Below the pieces are notes generated by a model. That model had not been told where the DNA came from. It did no database searches and saw only the letters and a list, made by a program, of their open reading frames with translations. The position numbers and the translations under genes were made by a program. Positions 43,137 to 51,038 of a stretch of 51,038 bases of DNA are shown here, one piece after another; within the stretch, counting starts at the first letter, position 1; each line of letters begins with the position of its first letter. The stretch comes from a virus (taxonomy: Duplodnaviria > Caudoviricetes): positions 1 through 51,038 of the IMG/VR virus record IMGVR_UViG_3300043664_000006; one strand, written 5' to 3'.

Positions 43137-44656
43137 ACAAAGTGATCACGCGCCTGCTCATTGCCGCCTGCATCGCACTCCCGTTTCCGTGTTGGGCGGC
43201 GGACCCGCCGATAGTCGGAACTCCCGGTCTGGATCGGCCTAATGTCTGGAGAGCACCGCAGTTCTATTCCCAGGTATTCCCGCTGGCCGCCCTGGCGCGC
43301 TCCTCGGCAATCGCGGCGACCAGCAACCCGCGCAGCAATCCGGTTATGGCCTCGCCTCCTGCTCTGACAATCGCGGCAAAGTGGACACCGAGCGCGGTCT
43401 ACCCGGCGGGTGCCAAAGTCGTTGCGTTCACCGGCGCCGGCACATCGACAATCGGCAATCTCTGGTCGACGGTCGCGGGAGGCACTGCCTCAACGACAAG
43501 CCCCACGGGCGCGGGACCGTTTACGGACGGGACAATAACGTGGACTCTTCTGTCATCGCATCCAGCCGCCGCTTTCAGCAATTCGGCCGCGAATTCCTAT
43601 CTTTGGAACACCGGCACCGGAAAGGCCGGATTGACGGGGGTCGTCACTTATCTGGGAGGTACCCCGACGAACAACGTCGGAACCGGTTACGAGGTAACCA
43701 TTGGTCCCACGGTCGCCGGCGTGCCGGCCTCAGTCGCCAGCGCGAGAACGGAATTCGCGACAGACTCCGCCGCTTTCTATATCAGAGTTGAAGGTGTATC
43801 CGTAGGTCTTGCCAGCAGGCTGATTGTCAACGGCCAGTATGTTTCACTGGCCCCCTTGACCAGCCTTAACACTGGATATGGATACATTCTCGTTGATTTC
43901 ACGGCCGCCGGCGGGCGGCAACTGCGAAATCTCCTTTTTGAAACGCAAATGTTTTTCGGTGGGGTCGATGTCCTCGCCACAGAAGGTGTTTACCAGGTAC
44001 AGCCGACGAACGATCTGACGCTCATTGCGACCGGCGACAGTATCACCGCGGGCTCCGGGGCGACGCCCGTTTTTGATGGCTATGGACCGGTACTCGCCGA
44101 TCTCCTGGGCGTGCATAATTGGATAAACACCGCGATCGGCGGGACAGGCTATACCGATCCATCGACATCAGGCACCGCGCTCTCCCGCCTGACCGATATA
44201 ACCAATCAGGTCGCGCTCCATCCGAACGCCATCATCCTCGACGGCAATGGGCACAATGATGTCGAAACCGGCATCCGCGCCGCCTGTGTGGCGTACCTAC
44301 AAGCCTTGCGCGCCGTCGTCGGGCCGTACGTTCCGATCATTGAGACCGGCATCTGGCCGGTGAGTTCTCAGGCCACTGTCGATGCGGGCCTTTTGCTTGA
44401 TGAACCGGACAAGATCGGTTGCGTGGCGGACATGAACGACCCGCTGATCATGTTTATTCCGTTCACCAGCATGGTAGGCGGCTCGCCACTCACCGGGACC
44501 GGTCAGAGCAACGACGTCACTCCGACCGGCACCGGAAATGGCGATATTTACGTGAATGGATCGAGCCTCCCGCATCCGAACGCGGCGGGTCACAGTTTCC
44601 TGGCTCATATGTTCCTGGAGGGAGCCAAAACCGTGCTGCACTCCAAGGGATATTGA
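43133..44656 (+). CDS. Signal-peptide SGNH/GDSL hydrolase (putative polysaccharide deacetylase)
   Basis: Signal peptide; GDSIT, N.AIGGTG, G.ND and HPN.AGH blocks; W.P..VY..G..V / DG.ITW carbohydrate-binding-like module. Confidence 0.8.
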   Translation: MNKVITRLLIAACIALPFPCWAADPPIVGTPGLDRPNVWRAPQFYSQVFPLAALARSSAIAATSNPRSNPVMASPPALTIAAKWTPSAVYPAGAKVVAFTGAGTSTIGNLWSTVAGGTASTTSPTGAGPFTDGTITWTLLSSHPAAAFSNSAANSYLWNTGTGKAGLTGVVTYLGGTPTNNVGTGYEVTIGPTVAGVPASVASARTEFATDSAAFYIRVEGVSVGLASRLIVNGQYVSLAPLTSLNTGYGYILVDFTAAGGRQLRNLLFETQMFFGGVDVLATEGVYQVQPTNDLTLIATGDSITAGSGATPVFDGYGPVLADLLGVHNWINTAIGGTGYTDPSTSGTALSRLTDITNQVALHPNAIILDGNGHNDVETGIRAACVAYLQALRAVVGPYVPIIETGIWPVSSQATVDAGLLLDEPDKIGCVADMNDPLIMFIPFTSMVGGSPLTGTGQSNDVTPTGTGNGDIYVNGSSLPHPNAAGHSFLAHMFLEGAKTVLHSKGY

Positions 44657-44658
44657 AA

Positions 44659-45213
44659 ATGCGCCTGGCTGTCCTCCTACTTGCGGCAATCGTTCCGGTC
44701 GCGCCGATGTCGGTCGCGCAGCAGGTCACGCCCGGAAGTTCCCCTCTGACAGTCGTCGCGACGGCGGGGCCTGTGTCGGTCACCGGGACGCTTACCGAAA
44801 CCAATTTGGCGGCAATGCGCATTCCCGCCGGCAGCATGGGACCGAACGGAGCCATCGATCTGAAGTGTGTCTGGTCTTACACGAACAGCTCTAACATCAA
44901 ACTACTGACCACGAGGTTTACCACAGCCGCGGGCTCGATTGGCGGCGGAGTTATTGGCTCTGCTGTCAGTGCGACCACGTCGGCAGCCGCTCAAACCGAG
45001 CATGTGATCAGGAACAACAACGCGACCAACGCCCAGAGCGCCTTTGCAGGGACGGGGATCGGACCCTTTGTTGTCGGCGCCGCCGCCATATCGGTGCTGA
45101 CGAACGATACGACCGCTGATACGTTTCTCAACGTCAACGGAACCCTCGCGAATACCGGCGAAACGATCACTCTACAGCATTGTATTGCATTGGTCATGAG
45201 ATCCACACCATGA
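44659..45213 (+). CDS. Signal-peptide beta-sandwich protein
   Basis: MRLAVLLLAAIVPVAPMSVA/Q; TGT..ET.LA...IPAG.MG.NG. Confidence 0.7.
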   Translation: MRLAVLLLAAIVPVAPMSVAQQVTPGSSPLTVVATAGPVSVTGTLTETNLAAMRIPAGSMGPNGAIDLKCVWSYTNSSNIKLLTTRFTTAAGSIGGGVIGSAVSATTSAAAQTEHVIRNNNATNAQSAFAGTGIGPFVVGAAAISVLTNDTTADTFLNVNGTLANTGETITLQHCIALVMRSTP

Positions 45214-45716
45214 AACTTCTCATTCTCGCGCTCTCTCTCGCGCTCGGGCTCCCCGTGTTCGCGCAAACGCCTCCGGCTCCTCCTCCTCCATCGCAACAGA
45301 CTCAGATCACCACCGATTGCTGGGACCCGGTTGGTCTCACGCTTGTGGTCTGTGGCGCCTCGGGGACAGGCGGCACTCCCGCCGTGGTCACTCCGGTCGT
45401 CACGCCCGCTTTGGCCAACAACCTTGTCATCAAAGCATCCGCGGGATCGCTGTTCTCGGTCTACGCGACGAATCTGACCGGCAGCTCTTCGGGCTATCTC
45501 CAGGTTTACAACCTCGCCGCGGCTCCCGCTGACGGCGCCGGGCAGACGCCCGTCATCATGGTTCCGTTCTCCGGCGGAGTGGCGAGCGCGAATTATCAGG
45601 GGCTCCCGCCGGCGGCGTTCTCAAACGGAATTGTCGCCGTCGTCAGTTCGTCCCCGCTCGGCTTCACCAAAACGACCGGCGTGCTCACGGCGTTTATCTC
45701 CGGCCTCGCGAGGTAG
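45210..45716 (+). CDS. Signal-peptide beta-rich protein
   Basis: MKLLILALSLALGLPVFA/Q; VIKASAG.L, P.DGA..P, F.NGI...S. Confidence 0.7.
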   Translation: MKLLILALSLALGLPVFAQTPPAPPPPSQQTQITTDCWDPVGLTLVVCGASGTGGTPAVVTPVVTPALANNLVIKASAGSLFSVYATNLTGSSSGYLQVYNLAAAPADGAGQTPVIMVPFSGGVASANYQGLPPAAFSNGIVAVVSSSPLGFTKTTGVLTAFISGLAR

Positions 45717-45785
45717 TGCGGCGGTATTCGGAATACCCATTCTGGGGCTGCCACGCCCGAATACCCCTCTCGCGCCACGACGGCC

Positions 45786-46373
45786 TCAATCTGCCTTGTT
45801 GCCGCGGTCGGATGCTTCCATCTCGCGGGGCGCCCCGGGATTATTATGGTACCGGAATTCTGTGTTCCGGAGTTTGCCAAACACATCGACGTATCTTGCC
45901 TTCCCGATGGCATGGATGACGCGCGCGCCCGATTGAAGGGTTTGATCCAGGCCAGCATGAGGTTTTTGCAACGAACTTCCAACATCGGAGATGACGGTCG
46001 GACCCAGGACGCTTCGGCTCATACTTCTTTCTGGCCAGCCTCCCAGGGAAAAAGCGTCGATATCAGCGGGACTACCAATCGTGATCGCGGTCATCACTTC
46101 GAGATCATGCGCGGGAGTCTGACCTACATTCTTGAGTGCGACCGATATTCCATAAATGTCTGGCCCAATTCTTGTAAGAGTGACGCGATCGACCATGACG
46201 TAAGCGCGCAATTGGTATTCGGCAGCCCTCTCACTTCCTTCGACAAGGTGCTTGGTCGCCAACCAGAGGGATACCGTGCCGAACGCCAATATAACGGTGA
46301 GCACCGCGAGAACGGTCGTGCTGATAGCGGTGACTGTTTCGGAAGTCCAGCCAATGGAGGCGAGCCAATGCAT
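45786..46373 (-). CDS. Membrane-anchored moron protein
   Basis: N-terminal TM; QLRAYV..KN.GQTPA..G...Y.DVFG pattern; antisense to the late operon. Confidence 0.7.
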   Translation of the reverse strand: MHWLASIGWTSETVTAISTTVLAVLTVILAFGTVSLWLATKHLVEGSERAAEYQLRAYVMVDRVTLTRIGPDIYGISVALKNVGQTPAHDLEVMTAITIGSPADIDAFSLGGWPERSMSRSVLGPTVISDVGSSLQKPHAGLDQTLQSGARVIHAIGKARYVDVFGKLRNTEFRYHNNPGAPREMEASDRGNKAD

Positions 46374-46565
46374 GAATCGCCTCACAAAAAGTATCCGATT
46401 ATGAAACCGGTGATCGCCGGAGTCGTGCTCAGCGTCTTCATGTTCGTGGCCATGCTTGTCGCATGGGTATTCGCATACGGAGAAGATAACGGTCGGCGCA
46501 GCCGCGATCCGGAGGCTCATTGGTCACCGCCGAATCAGCGGCCCGTGCCACCACCGCGCAACTAG
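46368..46565 (+). CDS. Small TM protein
   Basis: GGAGG RBS; VIAGVVLSVFMFVAMLVAWVFAY. Confidence 0.5.
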   Translation: MHESPHKKYPIMKPVIAGVVLSVFMFVAMLVAWVFAYGEDNGRRSRDPEAHWSPPNQRPVPPPRN

Positions 46566-46620
46566 CCGCGTTCACGAAGTCTCCCTGCCCGAATCCCGCC
46601 ATGTCGCCGGCGCCCACCCG

Positions 46621-46812
46621 TCACGCCGTTGGGCCGGCGGCCGCCCGTTCGCGCTGCCGCTGATCCTCCCATTCGAGGTCGCGTTCAGCGTCATCCAACG
46701 CGGCGACACGAACATAATCGGAAACCGTTCGTCGCAAGAGCTTCGCTGCCTGACGGATCGCGTCTCTCTCCGCGGGCTCAACCAAAACCTTGATCGTGAT
46801 GGTGCGTGCCAT
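46621..46812 (-). CDS. Ribbon-helix-helix protein (DUF1778/TacA-like)
   Basis: TITIKV...ERDAIRQAA.L..RTVSDYVR.AAL..AER.L. Confidence 0.65.
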   Translation of the reverse strand: MARTITIKVLVEPAERDAIRQAAKLLRRTVSDYVRVAALDDAERDLEWEDQRQRERAAAGPTA

Positions 46813-46913
46813 GGCCGGAACATGGTCCTGTTCTGGCCGTGCCGTCAACGACCTTCCGAGGGTGCGCGGCCGACGATTCAACGCCGATCGACAGCTAACG
46901 CGGGAGGTCCTCC

Positions 46914-47306
46914 ATGCCCGACCATCACAACGAAGATCACGTAACCATCATCGTCCCAGTCAGTTTGGCTGGGGCATTGATCGAGGCGCTCCGATCCGCC
47001 GCGCGCCCCGTCCACGACCCGCGGACCGATGAAATTCTCGCAACCGTCAAAAGGATTGAAACAATGGGCACCACCGTCTCCCAGCAGCTCGACGACGCCG
47101 CCACCCGCGACGAAGCCGCGATGGCCAAACTCTCGACCGATCTCGCGGCCATCGCCGCCGAACTGAAAGCCACCGCGCCGGCGCCCGGCTCAACAGTTAC
47201 CCAGGCGCAGGCCGACCGTCATACCGCCATCGCGACCGCGCTCGAGGCCGCTTCAGCAGCGGCGGACGCGTTGGTCACGCCGCCCGCGCCGCCCGCAACT
47301 GCCTGA
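46914..47306 (+). CDS. Ala-rich helical hypothetical protein
   Basis: GGGAGG RBS. Confidence 0.65.
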   Translation: MPDHHNEDHVTIIVPVSLAGALIEALRSAARPVHDPRTDEILATVKRIETMGTTVSQQLDDAATRDEAAMAKLSTDLAAIAAELKATAPAPGSTVTQAQADRHTAIATALEAASAAADALVTPPAPPATA

Positions 47307-47312
47307 ACCCAT

Positions 47313-47334
47313 GGCCCGGAGGCGACTCCGGGCC
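47313..47334 (+). terminator. GC-rich hairpin with a GCGA tetraloop (weak terminator or processing site)
   Basis: GGCCCGGAG-gcga-CTCCGGGCC; poor U-tract. Confidence 0.45.
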
Positions 47335-47357
47335 GTTCGCCCCTCGCGGAGACCTGA

Positions 47358-48752
47358 ATGACAATCACACTCTCGACCAACGACCTGACCGCTGACCGCG
47401 ACGCGCTGCTTGCCTTGCTCGGCGGCACTCCCGCCGCTCCAGGAGGCACGGTCGCACCGCCACCGCCAGCAGAGTCCACGGACTTTCCCGCCGACTCGGC
47501 GAACGCCACCGTGCCATCGCCGGAGAACTCGCGCATCGAGGTCGCGAATGGCGTGCTGTCGGGGCGGCCATACCTGGTTGACGCGAACGCGATGACGCAT
47601 CGGTTGGACGTCGCGGGGAAATACACGGTCAACGGGATCGCGGCGCAGTTCGCCGATCCGGCGGCAACCGTGACCACTTTGCTGGTCCGCCAGGGTATGG
47701 TCTTTGCCACGATCAGCAGCGGACAAATCCAGCAAGCAAATCCAGGCATGGGCATGGGCATGTATAATGTCGCGCTGCCTTCCGCTTGGGCTCCGGGCAC
47801 AAATGCTCCGCCACCGCCCGTACTCGCTGAAATGCCCTCCCCATCTATCACTGCGCCTGGATCAAGCGGCGTTGTCATTCGTTGCGGTAACGGCGAGGTC
47901 ATTCCGACCATTTCGGCGGGTATCTTGCTCGCGATGAATGGCGACACCGTGCAGATCACCAGGGGTAACTATCATGAAGCTCTGCCCGCGATCACGAAAG
48001 CCATCATCCTTGATGGCGGCGGCAGCACGCTGGATGCCACGGGGCTAACCGCTCAACTGGCGGGGGGCGGCAAGGGGCTGATCGTGCCCCAGGTTGATTG
48101 CATAATCCGTAACTTCGCGATGATCAGCGGCGTGGCGATGGACCAGCCCGCGGGCCAACTGACCTCCGCGATCCGGCCCGACTTTGGCTGCGGCTACCTG
48201 ACCGTGGAAGGCGTGATCCTGCAGGCCAACCAATGCGGCATTGGACACGGCGGTTCACCATGCGTGATCAGCGTCACTGATAGTGACATCAGCAATAACG
48301 GTCTTAAGGCAAACCCGGGATCGTTAACGCATAACATGTACGTCGGGGCTGAGTGCCGCCGCTTGACGCTTACTAACGTGACCTCGCTGAATCCCAATGA
48401 AGCGCACGCGGTCAAGTATCGCGGACCGGAACTGATTGTGAGCGGCGGCACCTATGAGGCTCCGCATGGAAGTTGCTTCAACCTACCTGATGGCTCAGGG
48501 GTAAAGGCAAAGTTAACCAACGTTCGATTGATGAAAATCGCGACGGCGGATGACCACAAGGTCTTGAGTTATTGTGATGAGGCGCAATCGATGGGCGTAG
48601 CGGGAATGTTGATCACGGGAGGCTCGGCTGACCTGCGGTGCGCCAATCCGCTCGCGGCTGGACAAGCAGGCACGCTTAGCTTTGTTGGCACGACTTTCAG
48701 CGGGAATAAGCTAACCGCGAGCGGCGGCGTTATCGTTACGGGCGTATCATGA
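47358..48752 (+). CDS. Right-handed parallel beta-helix (pectin lyase-like) protein
   Basis: PTI.AG...A..GDTV.I..G.Y.E, KG.IV, N..GI, NG...G..HN.YVG, H.VK.R. Confidence 0.75.
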   Translation: MTITLSTNDLTADRDALLALLGGTPAAPGGTVAPPPPAESTDFPADSANATVPSPENSRIEVANGVLSGRPYLVDANAMTHRLDVAGKYTVNGIAAQFADPAATVTTLLVRQGMVFATISSGQIQQANPGMGMGMYNVALPSAWAPGTNAPPPPVLAEMPSPSITAPGSSGVVIRCGNGEVIPTISAGILLAMNGDTVQITRGNYHEALPAITKAIILDGGGSTLDATGLTAQLAGGGKGLIVPQVDCIIRNFAMISGVAMDQPAGQLTSAIRPDFGCGYLTVEGVILQANQCGIGHGGSPCVISVTDSDISNNGLKANPGSLTHNMYVGAECRRLTLTNVTSLNPNEAHAVKYRGPELIVSGGTYEAPHGSCFNLPDGSGVKAKLTNVRLMKIATADDHKVLSYCDEAQSMGVAGMLITGGSADLRCANPLAAGQAGTLSFVGTTFSGNKLTASGGVIVTGVS

Positions 48753-48778
48753 GGCACTGTCGCTGACCCACGGTCCCC

Positions 48779-49249
48779 ATGACCGACATCGAACCCCGGC
48801 GTCGAGCGAGCGACTTCGAAAGGCCGAAACGCACGCTGAGCGGTTGGCTCGCGGAGAACGTCACGCTCGCGCTTATCATCGGCGCTATCGTCGGTATCGG
48901 GGGCCTGCTGATTGGAGGAACGCTTTGGTATTCCAGTGTCAACGGTCTTGGCCCGCGCGTCGATAAAGTCGAGCCGAAGGTCACCCTGCTCGAAAACAGA
49001 GTCTCCGCCGCCGAAGCGACTCTGACGCGAATGCAAAGCGACCTGGTTTCCGCCGACAAGCGGCTGAACGACATGCGCGAAAAGATCGACGCCTCCGACA
49101 AGAGTGCCAGCGATGTTCGCCGCACGCTGGATGCCGCGGATAACAAGGCAAGTGAAATGCTTGGCCGTCTTGATGAACGGCTGAAGGCGAATGAAGCCCA
49201 TTCCGCACCGTTGCCGTTCAACCCGCCGAGCCGAGGTGCATCACGGTGA
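48779..49249 (+). CDS. TM plus coiled-coil lysis-region protein (i-spanin-like)
   Basis: One TM segment, then a long heptad helix. Confidence 0.55.
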   Translation: MTDIEPRRRASDFERPKRTLSGWLAENVTLALIIGAIVGIGGLLIGGTLWYSSVNGLGPRVDKVEPKVTLLENRVSAAEATLTRMQSDLVSADKRLNDMREKIDASDKSASDVRRTLDAADNKASEMLGRLDERLKANEAHSAPLPFNPPSRGASR

Positions 49250-49662
49250 ACGTCGTCGTCGCCACCTCGCTTCTTGCCGTTGTCATCGCCGGGTGCTCGC
49301 GTGTTCCCGTACCGGAAGCCGTTGTCGCGGCACCAAAGCACGCGGCTCCCGTGGTCATCAGGCGAACGGTCGTGATACAGGCCACGGAGTCGGAGGTACT
49401 TGGAGTAAAGCCTGGATCACGGGCCGCCCGCGCGCTGAAGGCGTTTCGGACAGAGGAAAAAGCGGCCAGCGCCGCGCGGTCATATCCAGGCGCCACAGCC
49501 GAACAACTACGGGTAATCAACGAAACCGAGCGTGCGGCGCATGCGGCGACGCAAAACCTCATCAACAAGGATGGGCACTTCACGTCTGACGACGAGAAGT
49601 CCGCGCACGACGCGATCGACAATCTTCACAATGCGCGTCAGGCGCCAACGGAGGACAAGTAA
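49246..49662 (+). CDS. Lipoprotein (o-spanin-like)
   Basis: LLAVVIAG/C lipobox; GTGA-coupled to the previous gene. Confidence 0.55.
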   Translation: MNVVVATSLLAVVIAGCSRVPVPEAVVAAPKHAAPVVIRRTVVIQATESEVLGVKPGSRAARALKAFRTEEKAASAARSYPGATAEQLRVINETERAAHAATQNLINKDGHFTSDDEKSAHDAIDNLHNARQAPTEDK

Positions 49663-49856
49663 TGGAACAAGAGCCGATCCTGCAATTTTTCGCCTACGAC
49701 CATTTGCCGGCGGTTCTTCAGGCTATCTCGCAACCGTTCGGTGAACTGGCCGGGCTGATCGTCAGCACCTTGCCGCGCAATCCGGAGCGCACGGTGGCGC
49801 TGCGCAAGCTGCTAGAGGCCAAAGACGCGGCGGTGCGTTCGAAGCTTTACAAATGA
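49662..49856 (+). CDS. Small helical-hairpin phage protein, Acb2/Tad1-like candidate
   Basis: FFAY.HLP..LQ..S.PF..LA..I...LP.NPER.VALRKLLEAKD.AVR. Confidence 0.7.
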   Translation: MEQEPILQFFAYDHLPAVLQAISQPFGELAGLIVSTLPRNPERTVALRKLLEAKDAAVRSKLYK

Positions 49857-50275
49857 CCCCGGATTGGGCTCCTGTCGTCAACGCGGCCATCTCAGGCCTG
49901 GCCACGATTGTCGGGCTGGTGATCGCAGGCATCGCCGCGATCTATGTCCCGAAAGCCATCGCCGCGTTCACGGCCCGGACCGGCGTTCAGGTCACCGACC
50001 AGCAAAGAGCGGCTGTCTATGCGGCCGTGAAAACGGCAACCGGCATCATCCAAACACGGCTTGACCAGGGACTCCTCAAAGTCTCGGACATACACGAAGC
50101 CAATCCAGATATTACCTCGGAAGCCACGGCCGCGCTCAGATCGGTCCCAGATGCGGCCCAGGCCCAGGGCACTTCGTTCAACACCGTCGTGCGCAAGATC
50201 GTGGCCGGGGTGGACACCTCCCCCAAGCCAGTGATCGTGCTGCCTCAAGGGGCCGTGCTGGCGCCTGCCGTTTAA
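49853..50275 (+). CDS. Putative holin
   Basis: N-terminal TM, then RTGV.V..QQR..V..A...A; lysis context. Confidence 0.6.
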   Translation: MTPDWAPVVNAAISGLATIVGLVIAGIAAIYVPKAIAAFTARTGVQVTDQQRAAVYAAVKTATGIIQTRLDQGLLKVSDIHEANPDITSEATAALRSVPDAAQAQGTSFNTVVRKIVAGVDTSPKPVIVLPQGAVLAPAV

Positions 50276-50396
50276 GGCTGGGCCGACCCCTGCGAATTCA
50301 GTGGCCGGCGCTCGTCCTCGGTAGATGGTCGGGGGGGAATGGAACGAACGAGACACCCGATCGCTCGGGTTTGCAATCCTCCAACGGAGATCACCA

Positions 50397-50753
50397 ATGA
50401 AACTATCGCACCGGCTCGCCATCGGCGGGCCGACTCTCGCCGCCGTCGTTCTCGCCGGCACCCTCATGGGGTGCTCGACCCCAGCCGCGGTAGCCCCCGT
50501 CAGCCGCGCCGACATTGCGGCCATTGAGGTCTCTGTCACGGAGGCCGAGCGTGTCGCCAAAATCTGCCTGGACCAGACGGTTGGCCCGTGCACGGTTCCC
50601 GCGACGCGCGCTGTCATCATCCGCGACGCGCACGCCGCGCACGACGCGTTCCGCCGGCTTCAGGTGGAGTCCGCCGCCGGTGCTCCCGCGGCCATGGTCG
50701 CGGTGCAAGAGGCGCTGCGGCTGCTGACCAGCGAAACCCCCGTCGTGAACTGA
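50397..50753 (+). CDS. Lipoprotein
   Basis: LAGTLMG/C lipobox; GGAG RBS; extra Cys pair. Confidence 0.7.
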   Translation: MKLSHRLAIGGPTLAAVVLAGTLMGCSTPAAVAPVSRADIAAIEVSVTEAERVAKICLDQTVGPCTVPATRAVIIRDAHAAHDAFRRLQVESAAGAPAAMVAVQEALRLLTSETPVVN

Positions 50754-50764
50754 GGAGACCCGAT

Positions 50765-50947
50765 ATGCTCGCAGCCCTTCCGATCATCCAGGCGCTTATC
50801 GCCCTGGCCGGCGAAATCCCGTCACTCGTCACGGCGGGAAACACCGTGATGACTCTGATCCGCGAGGGTCGCGATCCGACCCCCGAGGAGCAGGCGCAGT
50901 TCGACCAGGCGCTTGAGGACGCCGACAAGGCACTCCCCGCGTCATGA
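50765..50947 (+). CDS. 60-aa amphipathic lysis-region protein
   Basis: GAGGAG RBS; EGRDPTPEE motif; ATGA-coupled to the endolysin. Confidence 0.7.
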   Translation: MLAALPIIQALIALAGEIPSLVTAGNTVMTLIREGRDPTPEEQAQFDQALEDADKALPAS

Positions 50948-51038
50948 CGCCGGCGAACCTGCTGCGGAACATCATCGATCCCGGCCTCGCGTTCATGGCC
51001 TCGGTGCTGGGCCCGCGGCCAACCGTCACGCCGGCGGC
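50912..51038 (+). repeat. 127-bp terminal direct repeat, copy 2
   Basis: Identical to 1-127. Confidence 0.97.

Larger units (their letters stand above)
1..50911. mobile_element. Complete circular temperate myovirus genome, probable alphaproteobacterial host
   Basis: Exact terminal overlap; intact attP; integrase, cI/cro, terminase, portal, capsid, sheath, tube, baseplate and lysis genes all present. Confidence 0.95.

Noticed and set aside
40735-48752. Diversity-generating retroelement or invertible fibre cassette
   Set aside because: No reverse transcriptase, TR/VR pair or inverted fibre copies seen by eye.
50912-51038. Biological terminal repeat
   Set aside because: 127 nt matches a common assembler k-mer size and the repeat cuts through genes; better explained as circular overlap.
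1-51038. CRISPR array or alternative genetic code
   Set aside because: No regularly spaced repeats seen; TGA, TAG and TAA all act as stops, with many ATGA overlaps and uninterrupted core genes.

Overview
The window is very probably a complete circular genome (about 50,911 bp) of a high-GC temperate myovirus: positions 1-127 are repeated exactly at 50912-51038. The host is probably an Alphaproteobacterium, inferred from a GcrA homologue and a GANTC-rich putative origin. Gene order: lysis genes, attP carrying the 3' half of tRNA-Thr(GGT), integrase and excisionase, leftward early genes (YqaJ exonuclease, HNH, ERF), an accessory island, the cI/cro switch with three palindromic operators, gcrA, an HTH replication initiator, the putative origin, a DnaA-C-domain protein, a NusG-like antiterminator, a second tyrosine recombinase, a ParB-like protein, terminases, Bcep781-like head genes, a contractile tail and baseplate, a fibre/accessory block, then lysis genes. 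The most unusual signal is five Sec-signal-peptide proteins coupled into the baseplate/tail-fibre operon, suggesting exported virion appendages. Other candidates are a Rap1a/Tai-like immunity gene flanked by two related membrane peptides, a GcrA/DnaA-C/GANTC cell-cycle module, an Acb2/Tad1-like sponge protein inside the lysis cassette, a second resolvase-type recombinase, and small RNAs next to attP. All family assignments come from motif recognition and gene order, not from database searches.
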